Shown in pieces: positions 34,401-47,696 of a DNA stretch of 64,000 bases. A program made the translations under genes and the position numbers. The notes beneath the pieces were generated by a model. The model was not told where the DNA came from. It did not search any database and saw only the letters and a program-made list of their open reading frames with translations. Within the stretch, counting starts at the first letter, position 1; each line of letters opens with the position of its first letter. Source of the DNA: Phoronis australis (taxonomy: Eukaryota; Animalia; Phoronida); the NCBI GenBank assembly GCA_002633005.1, contig NMRA01000226.1:189728-253727 (forward strand), in the 5' to 3' direction.

Positions 34401-37400
34401 TGAGGGAATTGCGATTGCAGTTCAAGCAAAGAACGTGATGGCGTTGGTTTTTAAGAGCAAATACGCGCCACGTAACGGCTTTTGCTATTTTTTCAGTCAC
34501 CACACTTTAGTTTTGCATGACTAAACTTACATCCAATCTTTCAAGTATTCCACAAACAAAATAGTGCATGCAAACATTAAAATTGTGTGCGTATGGTAAC
34601 GACACCCGAGTCTTAAATTCTGTGAGACATTTTGGATCTCTGCAGCAAGCTAATACAACTAAGTAGTCCATAGAAAATTGGGGGACCAACAAGTCATAGG
34701 CATACATCAGTCTAGGTATTGCGCCCCCCGCTGTCAGGATGGAGAAGCGGGGAGACAATTTGTGCTTCACATCATGTTATCGGGACCTGCAACAAATTCA
34801 ACCCGCATTGCCACATAGTAGTTCAGTTTTTAAGTGCATGACGCCCTTTTATTGTTACGTCTTCTGTTTTATACGTATTCTTGAGGACTACCTGGTAGAT
34901 AAGCATCATTGCTTTAAAAGGTGTATCTCGTTAACTTTTATCCTCAATAAATGTTGTTTACACGCAACTGTCACCGATTTTGTAATCTGCTTTATCTTTA
35001 TCCCCACTTCTTTGCTAATCCGAAGAGACCTGGACTACTTACAGTGGCTATAAATTCGCATTCCGTCAAATAAACCAAATTTTGATTTAGACCAACTATA
35101 CAGCTGATTTCAACTTTTTCCCTACTTAAACGAGAAGTGATTTCTGGCCTTGCAAAGATATGGCAGTTCTGTATTGCTGGAGAGCGGCGAATTAAGTGAC
35201 ACGCCGTGATAAGTCATTGGGTAAAGCATCATGGTCTCGAGCAATGGTGATCTTTCAGTTCTCTTCAAACCCATAAATCACGCTTATTTTTGCTTAAAGA
35301 AAACTTGAGACCAACTTCATAAGGTTAAATGTACGTAGACTGAATCAAACGTTGTTTGTCGTGATGGAAAGCGGGTTTATATAGGCTTTGAATAAGCAGG
35401 GCACACAAAGTGAAGTACTGACGCAGAATTTAATCCAGTAACAACGTTTCTCGTAGCATCCAACTCGTCCCGAAACAACCCTTAATAATTTTCTAGTTTT
35501 TAAATAAGATTTCAGGATCGAGACTTTCAATAAAGTTTTTCAACTTATAGTGGTTATTCTTATTATCGGAAAGGTGGAGGAGGACAAACCTACTTGCCAT
35601 CGCTTCTTACGCCTGCAACGGGATAATTATGTCCATCGCGTGTTGTAAGAATTGGAAATTTATCTTTCGGGTATTGATTTTAGGATTGAACCCTTAAGAT
35701 AATTTACTTTTTCTCGTCTGCCAACTGTGTTCAACAAGCATTTGTTTTTCACTTTATGCTAATGATATGTTAAGTAACCACGGTAGAAATACTGTTTTGG
35801 TAGCTAACAAATTTCCAAATGACTATAATAAATCCTATTCATATTTTCGTTTTCATATTTTTAACAGAGAGGTTTTCTTGTCATTCAAGAGGTTGAAACC
35901 GTGACTCATGTAACCTCTGGGTACCACAGAGACAACTGAAGACACGGATGAACTTAATTATTTTTTATAATTGAATGATCACCGCAATAATGTGACTACT
36001 ATATTTGCTGAAGGCCAGAGGGCGTTGGGACAAATCTGCGTAAATTAAATGTAAATAACTCCATTTTGAAGTCATTTAACAAGTTTTTACAACTGAATTT
36101 AAATGCTGCAACGTCAGTCATTAACTCAGTCACGTCAAGAGTCAGAGTTGAATATCATAGCACTTGTTAGCACCAAAGACTGGTACAACACATGCACAGA
36201 CCATATTCACCGACAGGGTCCTTCTCTTCATAAAGGCAAGCATCTGATCTTATGGCTGCAAATGACGCTTGGGGCACGGTTTTCCTCGTCATCAGCTGCA
36301 CGTGCGCAGGTGCATTGGTGATTTTCGTCATTGTGCTGTGTTTTGGAAAACCAGAAAAACTGAGTGAATTGAAAAGGAAATTGCGAGATGCTTATCGGGA
36401 CAGGTAAGACGAAACTAGTTGTTATGAAACTGTCCGGCTGTAACATGTTTTCAACTAATACGCCAAGAATATTTGCCCAACTTTCAAATTTTTATGTGTT
36501 TCAAAGTCTGCGTTGCTGCAATGGCACATTCCGTGCTAAGGAGAAAATTTCTGTTGAAAATTTGACCAAATAATGTTCCACTGTAGCGTATTCATCTGTG
36601 TCTGAAACGGTAATACGCAACGTTTCCAAATATACTTCTGGAGCCTAGAAAAATGATCAAACTTCGCTACTTTCGGAACATCACATCTCAGAAATGGCTG
36701 ACTGGATTCAAATGAAACGTCCAGGCACTAGGATTTATGCAGTGGTCATTTTTTGTTAGGAATTGCGTTTAAAATGTTCCGCTTTTGCATGAGAGGCTAT
36801 CGAAAGATAGGAATTTTATGATTTTTTAGTTTCATTAAACAAAATCGAAGTGATTATTTTGACAACTGTAACAGCGTTTTTAGGAATTTGATATCAAACG
36901 AAATTTGGTCATGCTATTGATATCCATGTTGGGAACGAAAGTGCCTTTCTTTTTGCTAAATTTTACTAAAAAGTCATGAAGTCATGGTCAAGTGACCAAA
37001 GTGGTTGCAGCGTGGTATAAAGTCACGGCAAAATCAAATTTTACAAAATTCTACTTTCTGATATATGTAGAGATTCACTGAGTTAAATTCTATCATTTGG
37101 CAGATATTTTGCTAAATGGTCGAATTAATTTCGCTCGTCGTTTTGCACTCGTCGTTTTACGTTCGTCGTCTTACAAGCGTGATAGACAAACGTAATTTAC
37201 GAGCGTAATTCTAAGGGAATATAACCTTTTCCGAGCTCTCATGACCTAATCTTTCGTTTCCGGGAATACGATTACTCTCGTAAAACACAGGCCTGAAAAG
37301 TGTTTTTACGTCTTTCAAAAGCCTAATTTACGGGCAATACTGTTCTCCCAGCAGCAACAAAGCGCACGCGGACAGTAAATGTTCAGCTAGACGCATCAAA

Positions 37401-39284
37401 TAGCAGAAAGCTAAACGCAAAGTTTTCATTCTTGCGTGGAACTAAGACGTAAGACAAGGGTCATTTCACTGTCCACTTACCTTTGCAGGTGGGTATCCGA
37501 CATCGGCCTCCATATATCTATGTGCCTCTATCTTGCCCTATCATTTGGGGCAAGTGACCAGCACGAGTTTTAGTCTGCGCCATATATGCCTTACTCGCCA
37601 AAACTTATTTAGTGAAGAGAGAACAGGGCACTGACGTTGCAATATTCGTGTCTGTATTTTCAGCTTTAGAAGAGATAGAAATACCATACATGCCTCGAAC
37701 AATTACGAGCAGAGCGAACTGATCAATCCCCACTGTCACGATTTACAAGGTGCGATATTAAGTACTGCAAACTCTAGAGTATTGTGCAGCGAAGCTCGTG
37801 CACCTATTGACACCGAGACGTTCTCAAAAAAGGTCGTCGACACTCACGCCAACCCAGGCTCATCAGAACCAGCATCCAAGTCGGGATCACGGACATGCAC
37901 AGAAGCAAAGTGGCATATGTTTCAAGATGTTGTCATCCACGTTTAGACTAATTTCTCAGTCCGTCAATTGTCCATTCTTTATGAATGAAAGGAGAAAAGT
38001 GTACCATTATATGAATGACACCATTACGTCACATCTGACAGTGATATACCTACATGTACATAAGATACTGGAAGTGGAAGTGCTTCTTAAAAGTACTCTT
38101 TCCAATGCGTTTTGTTTAAACTTGCTGAAAAATAATCTTGAATGCAAATCGAATTGCCGAAACACGTTCCCAGGCAATTTTCTTTCAACATTGAGTTTTT
38201 CAAAATAATTAGTTCGCGGCATCAAACCATGTTACCCTGTCCAAAACGACTTTCTAGTTTCCAGTCATATTTACGCTTCCTAATCACCAGTATTGATGTT
38301 ATCCATTCGTCACTGAAATTGGTTACCATAAATCGCCTAGTTCTCGAATTTCAATTCTGACCTTTCCCGACTTGACCTGAATGTTTTTGTGTCTGATCTG
38401 GAGAAATAATGATCTTAAGTTCCCCCCGAGCCCACACTCGCCATTTCTAAACTGAGGGAGGAATAGATGAGATCACTTTTATTACCATCTGTGGCCTTAA
38501 TCAAAGGTTGTTCAAGTTTGGCAGAAACGGCACGGATTTCAATGCCGGTTTATGTGGATATATACGAGTGTTCCGTCGAAGTCAAAGTTAAATGGGAAGG
38601 CAACCTTTTTTCGTGTCATTTTTAGTAAAAATAGGTTCGTTGATTATCCCGGACATATGGTTCAGTTACTACGGCTTCCTGTAATTACATTAAGTAGTCG
38701 TGCACTTCTCCGGAAGTGACGTTTAGGGGATTAAGATTTTCCCGCCATTTCGTTTCTATGCGTTCGAGTTACTGTGAGGATCTGTTCTACTGTTATTTTC
38801 AGTGGCGGATCTACGGGGGGGGGGGTTCAGAGGGTTTAAACCCCCCCTTGGGTCAGGAGCCAAAAATAAAAAAAAGTCTCCAGCAAAACAAAAATGGCAC
38901 CGCTAGCGTGTGTAAACCCCAAGTAAACCAACTTGGAAAAAATTGAGGGGGGGTTCACTCTAAAAATATAATTTTTTGCATTGTGAATTGCCGAGGTTCG
39001 TGGCTCGTCGGCAAAACGCGCGAAGATCAATGGTGCACGCGCTTTCGTCGACACTTCTGAAGTACCCAAGCATTTTAGATGGATCCACCGTTGAAAGAGC
39101 AGCTCTATAGCTGATTTCTTTAGGTAACTAGCTTCTTTACTCTAAGATATGTTTTGATTTGATTAGGGGTAATACTGTGGTGGCGCAACCCTGATATTCA
39201 GGCGAATTGACGTGCAACGTTTTTACCTCATCTGTCATGCCGTGTCATTCTATTACACTCCACACGTTTGTAACTGATGTATAG

Positions 39285-40663
39285 CAGTGGCGGATCTACG
39301 TTTTCAGTAAGGGGGGCTTAGGATTCCNGCATCCTGGTACGTTTCTGGCACTTAACATGTCCCTGGAGTTTTTCTTAAGATAATTAAAAGCCCTTCTCGA
39401 TTTCGTCACATGAACTTGGCTCATAAGTTTCGTGAAACCATATTTGTGCACATCTGGGTATGAGTCACACCACCAGCAAAATTTTTGTTGGAACATCTGC
39501 TTACACGCACCTTTTTAGCATACGAAAAAGTGTGATGTGTATACAGGAGTTTAGACAACTACCAAATATTCAAGAGCATAAGGAGCACCGACGGGGCGTA
39601 AAAACTTGAATATCAGATGATCGCAACAGCCTCAAGCTGTTTAAGAACGAAGACCTGTACTGTCAGTCCGGAAATAATCATATGCTCTGTCTCGTTACGA
39701 GAAAAACTGGCGAACGATGGTGCTCTCAGCTCATAGTCTATTATTAGAAGCGACAACAACAATTAAGTATCACTTTATTAAGCTGAATCACGTTGACAAC
39801 AATTGAAAAACGTCAAATGTATCAGGAAACAAATCATCTGAAAACAGTTTCACGAAACCAAAACACTCTGCCGGCCTACACCGTGGTGAAAAGATACACA
39901 GGAGCAGTTCGCAAAGGGACCAGATGTACACTGAGAGTACACAAAAATTCTGGCCTGGTCCGTCACGAGACCAAAAGTACACCTGTGGTTGTTATCTCTA
40001 TAAAATAGTCGATTCGATCTGTCGCGGGACCAAACAGTACTGGCTGAGATAAATAGTTTTACAAAACACACTTTGGTAAAAAACATCACAAGTCTAGTTC
40101 GCCGAGGGACCAGAAGTACACTGAAACTCGATATCAACACAAATCAAGCTGGCCTAGTCCGTCGCGAGACCTAAAGCGTACTTTGCAAAAAATTTTGAAT
40201 TGAAAACTTCTCTTCAGACACTTTTTAATCCCCAGTGGATGTTCATACTTGTAGTTCATGCATCTGGTGGTCAACTGCTGCGAGAGGTTTTCTAGGAAGG
40301 GTTTTCGCACCGTTCTGTAGTACTCACTGGAAGAAACAAGTGTTGAGTACAGATTTGACTAGGCACTACGTGAAACAAGATTTTGGATATGAAGCAGATA
40401 GACTCAAGTGGAAATACAAGCCAGAATCAGTTTCTGTGCTCTCGTAGACCCTCTGCTGTACTGGGTAAATTTGGCACGAAACGTGTTGATTTTCATAACA
40501 GCAATTCACAATGCAAAAAAAAATATTTACTTGGGGTTTACACACGCTGGCGGTGCCGTTTTTGTCTTGCTGGAGACGTTTTTGTTTTTTTTTCTAATTT
40601 TTGGGTCCTGGCCCCAGGGGGGGGGGTTTAAACTCCCTGAACCCCCACGTAGATCCGCCACTG
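39285..40663 (-). mobile_element. hAT element of the same family nested in inverted orientation (inner copy)
   Basis: TIRs CAGTGGCGGATCTACG / CGTAGATCCGCCACTG; TATAG on both flanks (39280-84, 40664-68); minus-strand remnant SEYYRTVRKPFLENLSQQLTTR at about 40260-40330; about 39330-40235 is the reverse complement of about 41670-42555. Confidence 0.85.
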
Positions 40664-40690
40664 TATAGTTAAGTTGCCTTGCGCAATATC

Positions 40691-41090
40691 ATACAATGTA
40701 CACGTACATGTAATATTTTTGAAAAAATTTCTTTTTCCGAAGAATTGCTATTTTGACGGGCGCCGTGGTCTGGTCGCGAGACCGTTTGAAGATACACTCT
40801 AACAAGTTATGTCTATACAAGGAATGACCAAGGAGGCACTCACATTGACAAAGTGACCGCATTCGCGAACAGTGTACAGAACCAGAAATCATACAGTGTA
40901 CATGCAAATGTAATATTTTTGAAAAAAGAATTCTTTTTCCGTAGAATTGCTATTGTGACGGGCGCCGTGGTCTGGTCGCGAGTCCGTTTGAAGATACACT
41001 CTAACAAGTTTTGTCTATACAAGGAATGACCAAGGGGGCACTCATATTGACAGTGACCGCATTCGCGAACAGTGCACAGTACCAGAAATT
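40691..41090 (+). repeat. Tandem duplication, 2 x ~200 bp, inside the outer hAT
   Basis: Unit ATACA.TGTACA...GACGGGCGCCGTGGTCTGGTCGCGAG...ACCAGAAAT starts at 40691 and 40891. Confidence 0.9.
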
Positions 41091-42699
41091 GAGAAGGCTG
41101 TTCTTTCACAACAAAGTCTTGCGGGATTCGTGCGATGTTCAATAGGTCTCCTAAGGAGCTCTAGTTCCGACCTCAACACCTACCGTCTTTCTATCTGCAA
41201 TAAGCACACTGCCGTCTTCTATACTGGGAATTTCCGCAGAAAGGCCCACCCGATGAAACGCTCATGCCCATGGGCATTTATTTGCTGTTAGTACTTCGGG
41301 TTTTAAGCGTTCAGACATTGGGACGTTTATTTCGAAAATTGCAAGAGATGCAAATAGGTCCTGGGATACATTGTCAAGGTTTGAAGTAGTCCATGATGAA
41401 CGGATCAAATTTAGTTACGCATGTAAGTCTTTTGAATGGACTTGGCAAACTCAAGGGTCTTAGTGCCAACTGAGCTGCGAAACGAGATGCTGACATTGTA
41501 GAGGCTTACAAGCTCATTGACACAGCAGTTGACGAAGTGCAAGCGTTGGGAACAAACATCAAAGATATCTGGTTAGAATGTTTCCAAGACGAGCAAACCA
41601 TTGGACCCGATATACAGATTCCTCGGCAGCCTAGACAACAGAAGGATAAGACTAACGTATGAGTGACCACAGGGGATTAAAAAGTTTTTAATTCAATTTT
41701 TTGCATAGTACACTTTAGGTCTCGCGACGGACCAGGCCAGTTTGATTTGTGTAGATATTGAGTTTCAGTGTCCCTCGGCGAACTAGTCTTGTGATTTTTT
41801 TACCAAAGTGTGCTTTGTAAACTATTTATCTCAGCCAGTACTGTTTGGTCCGGCGACAGATCGACTGTTTTTATAGGGATAAAAAGCACAGGTGTATTCT
41901 TCTTCTTGGTCTCGTGACGGACCAGGTCAGCCTTTTTGTGTAGTGTACATCTGGTCCCTCTGCAAACTAGTCCAGTATATCTTTTCACAACTGTGCACAG
42001 GATGTTTTGGTTTCGTGAAACTGTTTTCAGATGATTTGTTTCCTGATACATTTGACGTTTTTCAATTGTCAACGTGATTCAGCTTAATAAAGTGATACTT
42101 AATTATTTATTGCCACTTTTAATAATAGGCTATGAGCTGAGGGCACCATCATTTGCCAGTTTTTCTCGTAACGAAACAGAACGCATGTTTATTTCCGGAC
42201 TAACAGTGAGGTATTCGTTCTTAAACAACTTGAGGCTGCTGTTACGCGATCATCTAATATTCAAGTTTTTACGCCCCGTCGGTGCTCCTTATGCTCTTGA
42301 ATATTTGGTAGTTGTCTAAACCCCTCTATATACACCACATTTTTTCGTATACGACTTTTCGTATGCTAAAAAAAGGTGTGTGTAAGCAGATGTTCCAACA
42401 AAAATTTTTGCTGGTGACGTGACTCATACCCAGATGTGCACAATATGGTTTCACGAAACTTATGAGCCAAGTTCATGTGACGAAATCGAGAAGGGTTTTT
42501 AATTATCTTAAGAAAAACTCCAGAGACATGTTAAGTGCCAGAAACTTACCAGGATGCATGGAAATTTCACTATTTGGCTACAAAAACAAAAAATGTCCCC
42601 CCCGCTTGGCGCCACGCGCTTAGAATTCGATCGTTGCGGGAATCCTAACCCCCCCTTACTGAAAACGTAGATCAGCCACTGGTTTTTCAAGTCCTTAAA

Positions 42700-42943
42700 T
42701 TGTCGTCACCACTTCCCGTCGACGAGTACTCTACGACAAGCTAGGTTGTTAGAGAACATGTTTACGTTGGAAACCTTTTAGATTGTAGTAGCAGTATAGT
42801 CCGAGTACGCCTGAGGCAGAATACAGACAGCTCAGTGTTGAGAGGAATGAGCAGAGACCGAGGACAGACGTGGTGGGACGTCTTGATGCAAATGCATCGT
42901 GTGCGCTGTTATGCCAACCTCAATGGAATGCCTGTGCTGTTCG
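42700..42943 (+). pseudogene. Decayed KolX (P2X7 C-terminal/nanor-like Cys-rich zinc domain) fragment
   Basis: 42884-42940 reads *CKCIVCAVMPTSMECLCC, matching the WCxCxxCxxMPTxxECxCC motif; a KPFR-like remnant lies at about 42771. Confidence 0.8.
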
Positions 42944-42944
42944 C

Positions 42945-43627
42945 ACTGAATGGTGACCTGAACACCGCTATGTGACTCCCTCGCCACACATCTGTCACCT
43001 TCTAAATAGGCTCCAGTATTTTAATCAAGTCCACAATAAACTTATCAAAGTTTAACTCACCGGCTTGACCACTGGACGTCGAGCTGTCCTCCCTACTGGG
43101 TGTCGAACTTGGCCTGTCACTACCACTACTCAACATCGCTGCAGGACAACTTACAGGCTCTGGGTTGGAAAAAACACCAGAACAGGCCAAATCACTGCTA
43201 GTTCCTGGAACTGCACGCTGCAGGGATACGTTTGGAGGCACGGGTGACAGTAGATGAAGCGCCTCAAGTCACTGTAGAGGCCACAGCTTGCGAGGCCACC
43301 CGTTTCAGCAATTCACTTCTCGGAAAGGGGGAACTGCCGGGAATCAACAGGGACAGTATGGCATCCTTCTTCAGGCGTTCTTTTGTAGGAACTTTCACCG
43401 ATTCCGCGTACAAATCTCTGTCGTAATCTACAACGGCAGGAAATACTTGCCACACACTCGGTAATTCCCCACTGAGTACGTTGCGTGGACGGTGACGCTG
43501 TTCTTCCCACGAAAACGAGCCAAATACGGCGGAGCGTATCATTTCTCGGAAAGCGGTGTACTGGCATTCCCAAAGTGCGCGTGAGACGATAACTTGTACT
43601 CACCCGTAGGCATCAACCTTGCGGCAT
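42945..43627 (-). pseudogene. Decayed THAP-domain Kolobok transposase 5' part
   Basis: MPQG*CLRV...HRFPRNDTLRRIWLVFV, then frameshifted YRVCGKYF and RLKKDAILSL (THAP motifs FP...W, CSxHF, LKxxAVP); further on KFIVDLIKIL and GVQVTIQC. Confidence 0.8.
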
Positions 43628-46600
43628 GTTGACTAACTCCTAGTAAACAAACTCGAACGACAACCGAACTTATCACAACCGAGGTAGAACAATGACTGAA
43701 TCGACAGGTCACACAGTCAAACTATATGAAAACAAAATGGCGGGAAATTCTTAACCCCTAAACGTCACTTCCGGAGTATGGCACGACTAATTAATGAAAC
43801 TATGGGAAGCCATTATTAACTGAAAAATATGTCTGGGATAATCTTCGAACCGTATTTTTACTAAATTTGACATGAAAAAGGTTGCTTTCTCCTTTAAATT
43901 TGATTTAGACAACTTACCGCTGTAAAACGTGGTAGAGTTCAGTAACGCTAGGACCTCTCTAAAATCTAGCCAAAATCATGTGTTCTCATAATTGAAATGC
44001 ACGGCAACATCTCACGTAATCTCGCGAAGTCTTGTTTTTTAGCGAAGCATAGTTGAACTCTACTGATCTGTTCTCATCTTGTTCATTACTCAGACGAGAC
44101 GCCTTTTGTGTGTGCAAAAATCGCTGATGGTTCGTTATAACTTGAGACCACGCTCAACACACAAAGTGAAACGCCATGGACAAGCCAATCTTCAATAACC
44201 AACTGTCAGATTTTTTTTTGAAAGCCCTGGAATCACCTAGTCAAGTTTTATTGAGGGTCACTTCAGTTGAGATCAATATCGTAACGGCAAGTAGTCTAAA
44301 ATTAAAGTCCTTCTCTCAAACTGCCCATGTGGTTCCAGTATCCGAAAATACTTACTACATAAAATCTTATTTTCGACACCCTTTCTTTATATTCTTTTCG
44401 CCTTTCTTGCCAAAAGCGATTTTTTAACAGTATTTCACCCTTCTCTCTGAGCGTATGATTACCGGTTGTCATCGGTTATTTCCGTACCCACATTTCCGGC
44501 TCATCAGTCCAGGAACTTGTCCTGAACGCCGCATTTTTTCCTTGTAACTGAATGTGCTATGGCTTGCTTGAAAAGTCTTCATTATTTTGTTTTATTAGTA
44601 ATATATCGTTATTCGTTTGCATATGTAGTGTATTTATAGTTTGTAGTTAGTGGTCGTTGATTTTTTTTGGAATGTTACGCGTACTTAGTATGTTAAAATA
44701 GCATTGTGTTAGTTCCATACGTAGGCGGGTCGAACCTAGGAACCAATATGGGTCGAACCAATTTTTTTTTTCGGTTTTATTTTTTCCTCGTTTTGAAAAA
44801 GTACTTTGCTATCATCGGAAAGGTAGTACATTCTACTCAGTAAAAATCGAAAAAATATCAAAATCGGGGCAAGCACTGTAAAGTTATTGCAAGTTTTGTG
44901 GTGAAATTTGGGTCACTTTGTTTGGATCGCGTCGGCCATATTGCATGACAGCGGGATGAGTTACGAGTTTAAAGCTTTGTGTAAATTGTTTTCGCCAACA
45001 AATTACGGTGAAATTTAGTTAGACATATCTTTACTTACTATTCTGCACGATTTAACAGTGTTCACCAAATTTCAGCCTCGCAGTTGTTACTCATTAAGTG
45101 ATAAATGTGCTCACAATTCCCGTTGGACTTCGTCTCATTTCTGGCGGCACCGACAATGGCGACTTTTGCTGAACTGAAAGGCATGTTCAATCGGCTACTT
45201 TGTAATTTGTGAAGATTTAACGTTGTCACATTTTGACAAACGTTGCTACAAAAACGAAACTATGTTCAATTTTCGTGTTTTTGTGGCCAACGACCACTTA
45301 GGCCTAAGGGTAGCCTTGGCGCAAAGCTGTATAGGCCTACTAACAAGCTGTATTTTGACTATAGTCTTCACTGGTAGCTGGTGACTGAGGCTAACTAAGG
45401 TCTGCCGCGGCAGCGTGACACAGGACTAACCCGGCCAGCCCGTAATTTCATGCAAGTGTCTGAAACTACACTTGAATATATGCAGTATTTATCATTTGAC
45501 CATTTTACTTCGACAAAACAGCTTGCAACCGCATGCATTTACCGTTCGCCAGTGTCTGGTCTCGATCCGCACCGGGTCCGATAGGCTGCGGTCCCGAGTC
45601 TGGCAAAATAATTTCTGTCAAAATTTATTCGCCACATTTCTTCAGCAAATTCGATAAAATTGTCCGTAGTTTGATTTTATCAAAATTAAGGCGCGCTGTC
45701 GATTTTTTTTTTATCCCCGTTTGCTGGCTGGTAACAGTACAGGCACTGCTCCAGTCGCACTGACGGCGTTTTCTCGTCCTGGGTTCCTGAATGAATTGTA
45801 CTTCTGGGTTCGCGGCAAGTTCGATGGCGGTGTTTTTTCGGGTGCGAATCGTGAGTGGCGCGTTCATTTAAACTTTTTTCGAGTACGGATCGTGTATTAG
45901 TTATGGGGTAGGTACTTCTTGGATCCTTATAACATCTTATGCATGTAATAAGGGTTAACAACGCGTGAGAGAAGGACTTTAAATTTGCTTTTTGTGGTGG
46001 AACGTCGACGGTGTGTGGCGCGTCAACAAAATTTCTGCCACAGTGGGAATTGCATTCAACTTCACTTTATATGATAGACTTAAAAAAATCAGTCAAAGCG
46101 AAAATACACATGAAGCTGTAATTGATGAAAACGCCTATATGTGTGTCTTTAACTTGAGCTCAGTGCTCCCATACGTTGAAGGGGTATTAATGGATTTACG
46201 GTCGAAAAACGCAATTTGGGAGTCATTATTGCACGGGAGAGATTTCTTGAAGTTATTAGTTTTGATCAGCGATATAAGACATTTAAGCCCGTTGTTTTTG
46301 TGATTTTCTTACAAATTGTGAATCGTCCCATTTGTCCGGCAGACATTCTGTGAAATCTACACCGACGATTTTACCAGCTAACGCTCAAAATTAAAATACA
46401 CCGCCAGCTATCGAGCGGGACTTAGTCCCTCCAGCACAGCGTTGGGGTGCGACCGCAGGAGGTCCCGAGGTTAGATTCCGTGCTGAGGCTGATCTCAAAA
46501 AGTCACTATAGATCAAACACTCCTAATTTTTAATCTATGAAATCAGTTTTCTCGCCGATAATGTCCCTTTGAACTATTGAATCTGTGGTATTGCAGACAG

Positions 46601-47696
46601 CAAAATGGACAGTACATGAAGACCCAGTCCAATGAATGCCAAGTGTGGCAAACCAAATCTTTACCGCTCAAATCACATTATTTAAAAGGATGCTATGCAA
46701 GTGCCACCTAGTGACTACATGGAGGACTGTGTGAACAAATATGATCAGGAAAAGGAACAATTTGCAAATAAATTGTGGATTTAAAGAAAAACACTACAAC
46801 TGATACACTTAAAAACAAAGGTGAACATGTAGAAACATTTAATTCCCGATATTACGCAATCGTTATTTGAGAGTGAATTTAAACAAATAATGAAAACCGT
46901 GTCTTGTTTCATTAGGGTTACAATGAAATATTGATACTCATTTACATAAAAATAGTCTCAGAAAACGAGACTAAGATTGTAATGATAACTGGTTCTCAAG
47001 TGGTTTCCGGCTCCTGGAGGACCCGGGGTTGTTTGTAAATTAGTACTTCATTTGCATATTCCCAATTTAATGAGACTATGCATCTTTAATATGTGTGCGC
47101 ATCGTTGGTGATACACAGTTGAAGAAGTCTGGAAAATCAAAAAAAGAACGAAAGAAATTGTTGGGAGAAAAAAAGGCCGTGTTTCTGTGGAACGCAACAC
47201 GTGAATATTTCATTGTTTTCGTGTAATTCGATCACTCGGGTATTTTTGAGAAAATTCCTGTAGGATTGTGTCGTTCAACACAAAACGAATATTCTACAGC
47301 GGATTACGTGGGATATTTTACTTTTGTCAACCGGCTTTTTCCCAAAAAACACAAATTTAACGTGCGCACAGACTATACACATTTGTATAACGTGACTGAA
47401 GAGGAAATCGTAGACTATCAACCACATTAAAAGAGGCCAACAAGAAAGACGATATGTTTGTTGTCTGAAGTCTTTGGTTTACCTGTATAGACAAATAGTG
47501 CTAACCAGATTCTACGAATCTTTGCTCAAATAAAGAGTATATTTTGTATATATGATTAAGTTCGGTTTTAATGGACTACACCAGTAAGTGATTAAAAATC
47601 TTATCGAAAACGGCATTTCATGCTTTTGATTCAAGAGCCAACATTATAATGTTGCCTTGATAGAATCTACAGCTCAAAACTGTCCGCCAGATATAT

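Larger units (their letters stand above)
38800..42681 (+). mobile_element. Internally deleted hAT element (outer copy), 5-bp TSD
   Basis: TIRs CAGTGGCGGATCTACG / CGTAGATCAGCCACTG; flanks ATTTT/GTTTT. The transposase remnant at 41480-41659 (KRDADIVEAYKLIDTAVDEVQAL...IQIPRQPRQQKDKTNV) resembles ZMYM1/THAP12-type hAT transposases. Confidence 0.8.
38592..43893 (-). mobile_element. Kolobok DNA transposon relic (internally deleted; carries nested hAT insertions)
   Basis: About 170-bp imperfect TIRs (38592-38760 vs 43725-43893), TTAA on both sides (38588-91, 43894-97), THAP ORF on the minus strand and KolX-like Cys motif on the plus strand. Confidence 0.88.

Noticed and set aside
37798-38208. 136-aa ORF
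   Set aside because: Non-ATG start, no recognisable motif or splice support.
42884-42943. Host P2X7 receptor exon
   Set aside because: Lies inside Kolobok TIRs, has an in-frame stop, and no P2X channel exons are nearby.
43264-43627. Functional host THAP gene
   Set aside because: Stop at codon 5, frameshifts, lost zinc ligands, inside a transposon.
44715-46000. Possible DNA transposon starting GTAGGCGGGTCGAACC
   Set aside because: Repeat-like, but no matching second terminus, TSD or coding remnant could be found.
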